Positions 24,269 to 35,573 of a stretch of DNA of 64,000 nucleotides are shown here, in pieces. The first letter of the stretch is position 1. Every line of letters begins with the position of its first letter. A model generated the notes under the pieces. That model was given only the letters and a program-made list of their open reading frames with translations. It made no database searches and had not been told where the DNA came from. A program made the position numbers and the translations under genes. The stretch is from Pseudovirgaria hyperparasitica (Eukaryota), in assembly GCA_010093815.1 (NCBI GenBank), contig ML996569.1. One strand, given 5' to 3'.

Positions 24269-25359
24269 TCATGAGAAGCTTTGCTCGTTAAATATGTTGC
24301 CACGACGCAGCTGTTCTACCACATTGTCGAAGCTGTTTTGCTGAACTTTTTGGCTCGCCAGATTGACTGCAAAATCAAGGTCCTGAGGATATAATACGTT
24401 GTCGCTACTGCGACAGAGTGCATATATAATGCCCGCATTGAAAGTGTCGCCGCAACCCGTCGAGTCGACTACTACAATGCTGGGTTGCCCAGGAGCAGCT
24501 TGGAGGGATGTCCATCCATCAGAACTTCTTGATCTCGTCAAGGCATGCGCACCATCGGCTCCCCACGTACAGCAAAGCGTCCTGGCCACAGGGCTATTCT
24601 TGGCTTCGCTTTCAAGACACGCCTGTGCTGATCGGTATCCTCTGCTCTACAGAGATCATCAGAATTAGCTGTCGATAACGCGAAAAGGTGGCTCACTTTT
24701 GCCCAGGAACAGGAGTAGAAGATTACGTCTGCCGCTGCTGCTAGAGCTTCAAGTCCGGGTCTTCCAGGCTTCTCAATCTCCACGCTAATAGTCGTGCCAA
24801 TAAGGGTTTTTCTTATATATTTAACGCATTCCAGCGCGACCTCTGGTATGCGTCCCTGTCAAGCTTAGACTCGCAGACTATGGAAGAGAGATAGGCATAC
24901 CTCAAAATGGCACCACCGTAACGCGCGCGAAGAGGAGGCTTGTTCAAGTTGATCGATCATGTCCTTAAATTCCATAAAGTGCATTTCAGATAAGCCGTTG
25001 TAATTAACAATTGTCCTCGTAGAAGTGGCCTTGCTTTGTATGATGTAACTACTGGCAGCTTCTTGACTGTCCTCCCTGTGGAAACAATGGTCAAACCAGA
25101 CTCCAGGAAGAGAATTTTTGATTGTTTTAGTTGCAGCACAGTCTCTGGCAGGTAACGTTGCACATAGCTCAAGCCTCAGGTTCCAGTTGTTATCCGATTT
25201 AGCTAACTGCTGCAACACCTCGAGTGTGTTTGGGCAATTCCCACCGCGTCTTTGTAACAAGCTCTCAGCCCTGAGCTTTTCATCTTCTCGTGGGTAGTGC
25301 GAGACGCTCAGAATTGTATCGAGATAGCAAGCTCCGACGGCAAGAATCACACCTGCCAT
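24269..25359 (-). CDS. PfkB/ribokinase-family kinase (ketohexokinase-like)
   Basis: RRGGNCPNTL, HFE|GRIP, CTWGADGA, DSTGCGDTFNAG. Two GT-AG introns (~24857-24900, ~24647-24696). Confidence 0.88.
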
Positions 25360-25821
25360 AGCTCCTAACTCGAAAGTGTCATAAGTCTGAAAATAACTGT
25401 AGATAAGATTCGAAGTGGAAGAACAGGCGAACGGCACCTTTTTCAGTGCCAAGGTTGTTTATATTGTACGTGCGACGGTAGCTAGACCTACAAGCTGGCT
25501 GGCCAGGAAATAGTTGCGAAGCTGCCCTGGCCTTGATAAGGTCGAGGAAATAGAGCCTTCGAATTCTTCATCTGTCAACGCAGTAGTGTAATGATTAATT
25601 ATTTGAAAAGTACAGTGCTAAACGGTCTTGTCTGTGCGCTGAATCCTGCCATTGGAATTCCAAAAAGGGGAAGGCGCGCCCGTTGACCGCGTCTGCGCGC
25701 AGTGACGCACGCATGCTTCCAGCTGTCCAGAAACTACTGCTTTCGAGGGGCTTACTCAAGCATCTGGATTCAAGATGCAGTGCAACCTCGTCTTGGCTTC
25801 TTGACTTCATTGACGATCGCC

Positions 25822-27493
25822 ATGAGCGTATTCATATACCTGGGTACATCGTTTCTACTCTTCCTGGCCTCAATATATCTCTTACCATCGTTTCTCGTCA
25901 CCTCCGCACGATTGCTAGGTTTCGCGCTCATCAAGGGCTCTCAGGGACGACGCGAGCTTCTCACTACGCGTACTGAGCTTGACAAGGAGAATCAGGGACC
26001 TTCAACACACAGTCCAGGTTCCTCTGAACAAGAGGAATGGGAAAAGGCTGAGACTCATGACTCAGGTCGACCGAAGCATGACGTGAAGACAGACAAAGAC
26101 TGGGAAGGCATCATCGGTTTCTTTCATCCATTTTGGTGAGCCTTGACGTCTTTCATAAGTAAAGTCCTACTAACACACTGACAGTAATGCAGGCGGTGGA
26201 GGGGAGCGAGTTTTATGGGCCGCAATCTTAGCAACCCAGAAACGTTGGCCAGGTGCCATCTGCGTTGTATATACCGGGGACCATGATGTTGATAAGATTT
26301 CTATGCTTCAACGTGTGAAGGAGCGATTCAATCTCGACATCTACTCTCCGACAGTCCACTTTCTTTACCTCACCTCTCGTCGATATGTCTTGAGTTCCAC
26401 ATGGCCTCACTTCACGCTTCTTGGCCAATCGGTGGGCTCTCTCCTCCTTGCCTGGGATGCCTTTAGCCTTCTTGTACCAGACATATTCGTTGATACTATG
26501 GGCTATTCATTTGCCCTCGCGTTCTCACACTACTGTTTTCCAAACGTACCCACTGGTGCATATGTTCACTATCCTACGATATCAACAGATATGCTTAATA
26601 ACCTATCAAAAGACGGGCAAGGCGTGAATGCAGGCACAGGAGAAGGATTTCGAGGAAAAGTAAAGCAGAAATACTGGCGCCTGTTTGCAAGATTATATGG
26701 CTGGACTGGTGGTACCATCGACGTTGTGATGGCTAACTCTACATGGACGAAGTCGCATCTGCGCAAACTATGGAGTCCTTCCCGCGAAGCAAAAGGCATG
26801 AAAGAAGAAATAGAAGCCATCTTCCCACCCGTGGCAGTAGAAGAGCTCGCGAAACAGATCGAAGTCAGCGAAGTAGGTGAAGCAGAACGCGGCCCCTTCC
26901 TCCTATACATCGCGCAATTTCGCCCCGAAAAGAATCATCAACTAGTTCTGGAGGCCTTCGCAGAACTCGTCAAAAACTCACCGAAAACACCAAAGGGCAC
27001 ACCAAGGTTAATTCTCATCGGCTCCGTGAGAGACGGGGATGACGCATCGCGCGTCTACAAGTTACGGATTCTCGCCCACGAACTCCGAATCAAGGAACAG
27101 GTGGAATTCATATGCGATGCCTCTTGGCCACAAATCCTCGATTGGCTACGGCGCTCCTCCGTAGGAGTAAATGGCATGTGGAACGAACATTTTGGTATTG
27201 GCGTTGTAGAGTATCAGGCCGCGGGATTGATCAGTGTGGTGAATAATAGTGGAGGACCGAAGTTGGACATTGTCATCGATATTGATGGAAAGCCTACTGG
27301 GTTCCATGCCTCAACGGCCTCGGAATATGCTGATGGTTTTTTGAAGGCTTTGGAATTGCCGTCAGACCAAATTTTGGCAATGAGGCATCGTGCGCGGAAG
27401 AGTGCCGAGAGGTTTACGGAAGGTGCGTTTGCGAGGAGTTGGATCACGCAGATGGAGAAGCTTGTTGATATGCAAATACAACGATATAGATAA
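25822..27493 (+). CDS. ALG11: Alpha-1,2-mannosyltransferase Alg11
   Basis: GFFHPFC|NAGGGGERVLW across intron 26136-26184; YVHYPTISTDML; AQFRPEKNH; MWNEHFGIGVVEY. Confidence 0.96.
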
Positions 27494-27949
27494 GTGGCTA
27501 TAAGTGGCTTGCTATGTGCGCTTGTATCTATGGATATCATCGAAATTCGGCTCGGTTCAGTGATCTAAGTGAAACATTATGACGTCTATTTCGTCGGATT
27601 AGTTGCTATATTCTTAACGTGCTGTCGGACTGAGCTGCACTGTCTGTAGGTGACAGTTGTGGGTTCGAGCTAGACAGAGCAGAAGACCTTACATATGTAG
27701 GTAATCAATCAATCACATTTACACGTCACTCACGCGTCAGCTTGTGATGTATGAGAAGTCTAAAATTGTAAAGAGTTGTATAGATAGGTCAACCACCTAT
27801 ACGCACACGAATCAGAAAAGTTCGAGATAGGCATACACCATCTATTACCCAGAACTCCAATCGCTCGATCAATCACGCCATCGGTCTTGGCCGGCCGATG
27901 TCACTTCTGTGTATCATCCACAACAAGCTCGTCCGTTCGCCAGTCACGC

Positions 27950-28668
27950 TTATAGGGCAGCAAATACGACGGCAACGACGGCTCCAGCGATTCCTGCTCC
28001 GACAGTGATATGACCGGCCGCACCGGTCTGGACCGGGTTGCCTGCGCTGTCTGTAACCGTGCCTGAGGTGGGCGAGGCACCAAGGGGGTTTTGGGGTGAC
28101 ACCTCTGTGTAAGTGATTAGTACGGACGAGTAGGCGAAATTCACGGCGGCAACGCCGCCAGGTGGAAGTAGGAGAGCTCTTACCGGTCGTTTGGGTGGCA
28201 GCACCTGATTGAAAAATCATGTCAGCGTTATTTAAGGTACCAGGTAACAGGGAGGTTTAGAAGAATGCTAGATATGACTTACTACCTGTTGGGGTAGACG
28301 ATGGGTTAGAGGAGGGAGTTGGGTTGGAAACCTGATGACCCTTTTCTTTGCAGGCGTCGGCAAAGGCCTTCAATGCAGTATCGGCGGAGTCGCCGCAAAC
28401 TTCTTGAATGGAGCTCTGAACATCGGATGCGTTGTCTCCGCAGATGGAGTTGAAGTCGGCAATATTATCTTGAGTGCTATATGGCCTTGTCAGTCTACAA
28501 TCTTTCGTCATATATCCGCTTATTGATGCTTTTCCCAAGACCGCGCATATTTGGAATCGATATCCGTTGGGGGATTTACTTGATTGCAGCAAGCATGCAC
28601 GCTGGTGGTGTGGCAGCAGCCAGATTGACAATGGCGGCGAACGCAAATAGAACGATCGATTTGTACAT
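27950..28668 (-). CDS. GPI-anchored cell-wall protein with Cys-containing N-terminal domain
   Basis: Signal peptide MYKSIVLFAFAAIVNLAAA, TPPACMLAAI, Cys domain, S/T-rich linker, hydrophobic C-terminal GPI signal. Three introns including a 21-nt exon at 28184-28204. Confidence 0.85.
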
Positions 28669-29577
28669 TTTGAAAGTGGTTTTCGGATAATGTATCTGCC
28701 AAGTATGAATCGGAGAAAAGGAAGACTGGGAAACGGTCGGAAGTATGAGTATACGCGTCGAAGTCGGATGAGTTGGAATGAGTGTATGGGTCGCCGGGGC
28801 GCCGAAAGAGTGACCAGTAAAGAAGAAGTGAGAAGAAAGTACAGTGAGAGTACAAGTCAAGTAGATGGTTTCGTGACAGGAAGAAGTGAGGTTGAACGAG
28901 TGGAAGTCAACTGGGCAGAAAGGAGAAATGGAGCGATACCACGTGGGGATTAGCGGCTCCGAATGATTACTGCGACCGGGTCGTCCTGAAACAACAACCT
29001 ACCTCATGTCTGGACACTAAATATAATCATAACGGCTAGTCGCTGGACGACGGAACGTCTCTCCTCAGTGCACCTGTTTTACAATACCTCATGTTGCGGA
29101 CGAAATCATTACTACGAACACTGGTTAGTCAATATTCATAAGGGTGTTGCGAACTCAACTAGGGACTTCCACACGAACTATAGATTCTGCGATTTTATGT
29201 GCCTCTTCCTACCTACTGCTACCCACTGCTACGCTGTAACCAAGTATTCACAAAGTCACCTCCACAAGAACGTACCATAGGTTCAAAATGCTGCTCAATT
29301 TGGCCACGTTTCTCCGGATAGTATAGCAGCGAATGGGACCCGTTATGGGCTATGCCTTCAAAATGTGGAGATGTTTCATGACACTGGAACCCTCACGAGA
29401 TTCGGAAAAGCTTGCAGTTGTGTGAAAGGTGGGATCACAGATTTAGTCTCTTTTAACGATGTATCAAATCGATCAAGACAAGCTGCACCGAAGCTATGAC
29501 CATAGCGCCAAGCCATGATATTGAATATAGCTTCCATCCCATTGGAACTCAACTTCCCAAATACATACACATTCACA

Positions 29578-30198
29578 ATGCCACCTCGACTGCCATGCAC
29601 CGCTCCTCGTATTTTCCGCCCGTCCCTTCGCCGCATTCCCTGTCGCACCCTCATTGCCGCTCCAAAAGAAGGCTCCGGGCCCCTCCTAACGCGGCGCCCC
29701 GACCGCGAACTCCCGAACATTCCCTCACGCTGGCGTCACCTGCGCACCGTCCCCATCTTCCTACTTGTCCTGGGAGCCTCTGCCGCCGGAATCTTCAATT
29801 ACCAAAAATCCTCCTCCTCGGTGGTGTCCAGCACACTATACGCGTTACGAATGAGCGATGAAGCGCGGAATATTCTGGGCGACGAGATATATTTCGCCAA
29901 CAAGGTGCCGTGGATCTGGGGCACGATTAATCAGGTGCAAGGACGGATCGATATTAGTTATAGGGTGAAGGGGACAAGGAGGAGTGGCATGATGCGCTTT
30001 GTGAGTGCGAGGAGGGAAAGGATGGGGTTTGTACGTGTTCATGTAAACGAAGGGAAATGATCTGAGCTAATCTGTTTAAAGTTTGAGACGAGCGAGTGGA
30101 GTCTGACGCTAGATGATGGAACAGTGGTGCAGTTGTTGATGGAAGATGGGCCAGATCCGAGCGCGCACACTGACGATGAGGAGTGGGAGGAGCAATGA
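29578..30198 (+). CDS. COA1: Cytochrome c oxidase assembly factor Coa1
   Basis: IFNYQKSSSSVVSSTLYALR, LGDEIYF..PWIWGTINQVQGRIDI; intron 30031-30081; F|FETSEWSL. Confidence 0.9.
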
Positions 30199-30922
30199 AT
30201 GGCGAAACAGATTTGAAGCAAGAGGTTATTTCTATCTTAAAGAAATAAGAAGAATATAAACAGAGAAACGAGGGGTACCAATGATCTCTTCCTATAAGAC
30301 CGCCACAAACGCGCGTTGCGGCGCACCAGAGTCGGATATACAGCTGAGACGGCCGTGGGAAACGGCGCATTGGTGTATATTAATTACAGTGCATATATGC
30401 TTCGTATTGTAAGATACAACATTAAGCTGTGCATATAGCTTTCCGAGAAGCCATTGACTTCTCTCACACATATACTTGCATTCTTTAAAAACGTAGACTA
30501 TATTGCTGAGTGCTGTGTTTATGAACGCGCTGTTCACTCACCATTATACAAAGGCGCAACGATCATGTAATGGAGCTAGGAACTAGAATGATTGCCCTGA
30601 GCTAGATGTTGCGAACTATTCTCGCGGTCGCTGAAGCTGAGCGAAAGGGTGTGTATTGTAGCATACGTGTCACGTGTCACACCTCTCAAGGAATGTTTCG
30701 ATACAGAACATAGAAAGTTGTGTAGTGGATTTCCGATTGAACTCACCTTTTAGGTTCATTCGTCAGATTACTGTTATATAGAATAAACTGCCGCCAACAT
30801 GCGCCATGGCCTGTCTATCATTTTTTCTCGACTAGTCCAACGCCCATGTTTCTCAGAATGCGGCTTCCTGCGCCGTGTGGATGCGAATTGAGGATGATGG
30901 GAGCTGTTGTAACCTTGCCCAG

Positions 30923-33900
30923 TTACATGTCGATAGTCTCGTGGAATGTGAGAACACCATTAGCACTGAGGAACCCGTCGACACCTTCAGGTAGACGTGC
31001 AAATTGGGGTGCAGCGACTTGGGGAACGGTAGCTTGACCTCTAGCGACGTTGGGCTCGTTCACCTCGTTCGATATGTCGGTGACCAGTACAAGACCGGCA
31101 GTTTTGATGGCTTCTACAAGCGCCGGTGCGAGATTCTAGTGATCATCAGTCAATGAAGAAAGTACTATAACGACTAAAACTTACCAATAGGCGTGAGCTG
31201 CACATCAAACCCATTAGATTGTTGTCCCTAGCGATCTGGACTGCCTCCTTCACTGATACCGTTGTCCGCCCACTGCTTTGAACGGCTGGAGCATCTGTAG
31301 GAGCTGCTGCTAGGCCAGCACCAAGCTCATTGCACAGAAGGACAGGATCTATGTAGTAATTAGTGGCTGGAAGATCGTAAGAATGATCTACTGACAATTA
31401 GGTTGTTTCCAATTGAGGGCAGTACAGATATCCTGGTTGAACGAGGAAAAGACTACCGAGCGTACATAGCTGTCAGATGCCTCACGCAGCTGCCTTGCAT
31501 GATCAAAAACGACCGATAGGAGAGAGTCTGCAAAATCATTGATGTTCTGCGTTGGTCCCAGTCTTGCACGCTCTTCTTCTACGCGATTCGGGTATAATAC
31601 ATGGAGTTCAACGTGGACTGATGGAGGCAGCATTGCAAGTGCTTCGTTCAAGGTCATGTGAGATGTCGCCAAGGCCTGATGGATCTGCGGGATGTTTTCG
31701 AAGGAAGTCTTAGGGGTATCTAGTAATAGACCTTCGTCCGTACGTCGTCTTCGTCCTACGATGATAAATTCCTCGTATGTCAATCTACTGACTGCAACGT
31801 CCAGGCCACAGTGGTTGATTGTCCATTGAGGGTAGAGAATAGGAATGCCATCACTAGTAAGTTGAACGAATATCCGGACATACTCGCCAGATAAACTAGA
31901 TCCTGTGATTAGAGCATTTGGATGCGAATCGAACTGGCTAGTGGCCTTCCAGTATGTGGCGAATTGAGTGATCTCTAGGGGCATGCCATGGAAAGGTTTG
32001 ACGACTTGGAAAGTGAAGCTAATACTGCCAATGACTTTTGACCTCGGATCAAACAGTTCCATATCGCAGTAGCCAGAACTGCTTGACTTCCCCGTGAAGC
32101 GGCGCGAGAGTGCTACGGCATGCGCAATAAGCTTGGAACCAAAGTTGGGGTAGAGCTCAAAGTCGATCGTAAAAGAGTCTAGGTTGTCAATTTGGAATGA
32201 AATCATCCGTGCGTCTTCCTGGATGGGAAGATGAATGTTTCTTGGAATCAAGTCTGTGGACTTTGACGATACTGTAAGTCTTGCAGCGGGATATTTTGCG
32301 TTGTCAAAGAATTCGACTGGTTTGGCTCCAGGTCTTCCAAAATTGAGTACCACAAAAGTTTTGGATTCCAGGAAGTTGTGCCCATATCTCCTGACTGGTA
32401 TGATTGGTGGCGGTAAAGACAAATCTGGTATTCCTTCTACCTCTATAGATAATGTAGCCGGGGTTGTCGAAGATAAAGGCATGGCCCCAAGTATTGGAGG
32501 AGATATCTGCTGCGGACGGTGGGTGGATGGAGCGGTGACAGCAGCCAAGAGTTGTATACATCCTAGGTGGCCTTCCCATGTCGCGTAGTACATAGCAGAC
32601 AGTGATTTCTCATCTCTTGCATTGACATCAACACCACTCTGTAGCAAGATCTGTAAACATTCTTGATGTCCCTCACTGGCAGCGTGAAACAAGGGTGTCC
32701 ATTGGTAAAGCTTGTCAGGCTCGTCTAGGTCGGCGCCATAGTGACGGAGCATAATGAGTACGTGCGGGAGTAGACCAGAACGAGCCACAAGATGTTGTGG
32801 ATACAAGCCCTCTGCATCTGGTAGTATCTGGGGGTTCTTCTGCAAAATAATCTCAATGATAGCTTGGGAGTCGTGCTGACACGCCATACTGAGCGGAATG
32901 TGGTCCGCTTCTCCTGAAGGGTCGATTTCAGCGCCAAGTTCGAGTAATTTTTCTACGCAGGCCAATTCCGAATGCTCGATGGCATGTAGCAACGCTGTGT
33001 ATCCATTCTGATCCTTGTAGTCCGTTGTGTCCGGAGCTGCAGCTACGAGATCTTGAATCATGTTGACATAGCCATGTATACATGCATAATGTAGAGGAAT
33101 TCTTCCGTAGCTATCAGGTATCCTGACGTTGACTTGGCCATGAAGACCAATATTCAATATCCAACTACGCCCAGTTATTGCGGCAATATGTAGGCAGTTC
33201 CGCTCATTTATGTCATCTTCCTGGTTCAGGTTGACGAGTTTGCTATCGAGTAGCAACCGAAGTGACGATTCGGGTGCTTGATCCAGGGCGTTCAGAAACA
33301 CTCTGCTAACACGGTCCTGTGCGTCAGGCAATGCGCGTATTCTTTTCGTCCATTCCTCGATGCCAGAATTGTTCCCTAGAGCAATAGACTGAGATATCTG
33401 TGAGTCAAAGTCTACGTCCACTTCTGCACTATCTAGAGCCATTGCATTCTCATCTCGTCTAGGTGAGGCGAACTGAACATTCTCGCCTTCAGCCCAGGCG
33501 CTAAAATCGAGCAGATTGGTCGTCGCTTGATCGGATAACTCAGTAATTACATCTCTGTTGAACACTGGTTGAACTTCGACGGCACGTGATAGATATAATT
33601 CCTTGGTTCGAGACTGCTTATCATAAGTGTGATGCTCAGTCCCTTCACTCTCATTACGTTACCTTAGAAGTTTTATCCCACTGGGTTATGGTAAGCACAC
33701 GATAACCGCATACGAATGGTTGTATAGCATACCTTCTTTAATATTTTCGAGAACGCCGTAGCGTTGACTTCGACAAATTGCTAACATAGTCAGCGATAGA
33801 TAACGTTGTTAGTGCGTGCTAATTCTAACCTGGAGCTTATTCAAATCACCACTGAACTGCTTGAAACCTTCTTCAAGGGAAATAAATTTCGAGGAGACTT

Positions 33901-34494
33901 TGACTGGGGCAGGCCGAGACTGCATGGATGTCTTCTTATCCAATAAAGTTGTCAATCGCAACTTGAGCTGTGCTCCATCGTTAGACGAACGTTTATAGCT
34001 ATAGATGCAACTTATAACCCACCTCAGCTTCCTTTTGTAGATAAAACTTGTTGACCTTCTCAAGCTCACGCTCCTAAAATGAAAGTTCAAAATCAAATTG
34101 CAGCTGTGGAGTGGGGGACTAACTAGACGGAAGAAGAACGTTGCCTTGTTTGCTTGCAAAGACGCCTGTGCATCGAGTATCTCTGGTGTTGCAATCGACT
34201 CATGTTGGGGCTGGATGATCGGTGTAGCACTCAACTTTTTGATGAGCTGACAGTACAAGTCAATTGCGAGTTTCATAGTAATCAAGGCATCACGAGCTGA
34301 CCTTCTTTAATGCCTTATAGTCGACAAAGCTCGCAGCGTATTCTGGTATGTCCAGCTGCCGCTTCTGGATATGCTTGCCGAACTTCCTAGTGGGGAAGTA
34401 CTCATCAGTCATAAAAGAAAGCTGGATTTTGCAGCAGAAAAGTCATGGAGCATAAACAAGACGGCTGAGGAAATATATGGAATAGGACATACAT
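30923..34494 (-). CDS. PHO81: CDK inhibitor Pho81/NUC-2 (SPX, ankyrin repeats, GDPD-like domain)
   Basis: M|KFGKHIQKRQL SPX start, FSKILKK|WDKTSK, ankyrin repeats, LPPPIIPVRRYGHNFL, LNWKQPN|YPV. About 9 introns. Confidence 0.95.
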
Positions 34495-35081
34495 TTTGCG
34501 AGGGAGCGCTGGGAAGGCGGATTGGCCTCCCAATGACTTGAATAATCACTGACTTCCAAGCCTCATTAATGCAGAAGCAAAGAACGAAGGCAGCGGTAGA
34601 TGTAGAAGAGAGAGGCGTCGGGGTGAAGGGCAAATTCACGACTTGCCCTTAGAGGATATTTGAATGTTTCCCGCAAGATTGGTTTGGTCGTTTGGTGACC
34701 ACGAGGACGGGTAAGTACTATTCCTGACTTTAGTTTCTTCCAATGTGTATAAACTAAACTCGGCGGAGATCAAAGAGGGCTAATACGTCCTCAGCGCATG
34801 CATATGCAGAGAATACAGCTCAGATTCAAAGTCTGCGAAGGGTCAAGTTTAGAGCGCGTCGAGTCTGTGACCAATCTCAAAGGTGGCTCGACCACGACCG
34901 GGACGGCGCAAGGTCTGCTGCTAATACCCCTCGTCTTAGTACCTTCCTCGCAACGTCAGCAGTCGCCCGCGTTAATTAACAAAGGTAAGGAAACATGATC
35001 TTGGTACGGCTGTATTACGGAGACCAATAGAACGAGAGCATTTAGACATGTGCGAGGATCACGATTTGTAGCATATGATAG

Positions 35082-35087
35082 CACGTG
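35082..35087. promoter_or_regulatory. CACGTG E-box, putative Pho4/NUC-1 site upstream of PHO81
   Basis: GCACGTGAC lies ~590 bp 5' of the PHO81 start codon. Confidence 0.4.
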
Positions 35088-35573
35088 ACATCGCTGCTCG
35101 GCGATGCATCGGCAGTTTTAAGATAAGATTGTATACCTAATGAAGTGTCGAGGGAAACAACAAGTGGGCTGTTTACACTACATGACGAGCTCTATGCAAC
35201 TCCCAAATGCTAAAATAAAGACCAAGCATGCGTGCGATATGTATCGGAAACTTCGCCGAGCATACCCTATAGTTTTGTACGCAACTCCGTTGTGCTATTT
35301 TTTTTTTGAAAACTGGAGTGACGTCGTAGCCTGCGGCCCAAAACATTATAGTAGTGCCAGCAAGAACCCTTTTCTTGAAAGCTTACGGATATGATTCGAG
35401 TTTGTTTCTTTCCATCGTCAGCTCATATGGCTTTACAGGCCATAAACCCCCCACCCATCAAGATTTGAATGTTCCCCTTCTCTGGAGCCTTCAACATCAT
35501 CGGAGAGACCACGGAAGATTGGTTGGTCCCACGGCGTTCTCACCGCAAGATCAAGTGGCAAGTCTTTGCATTG

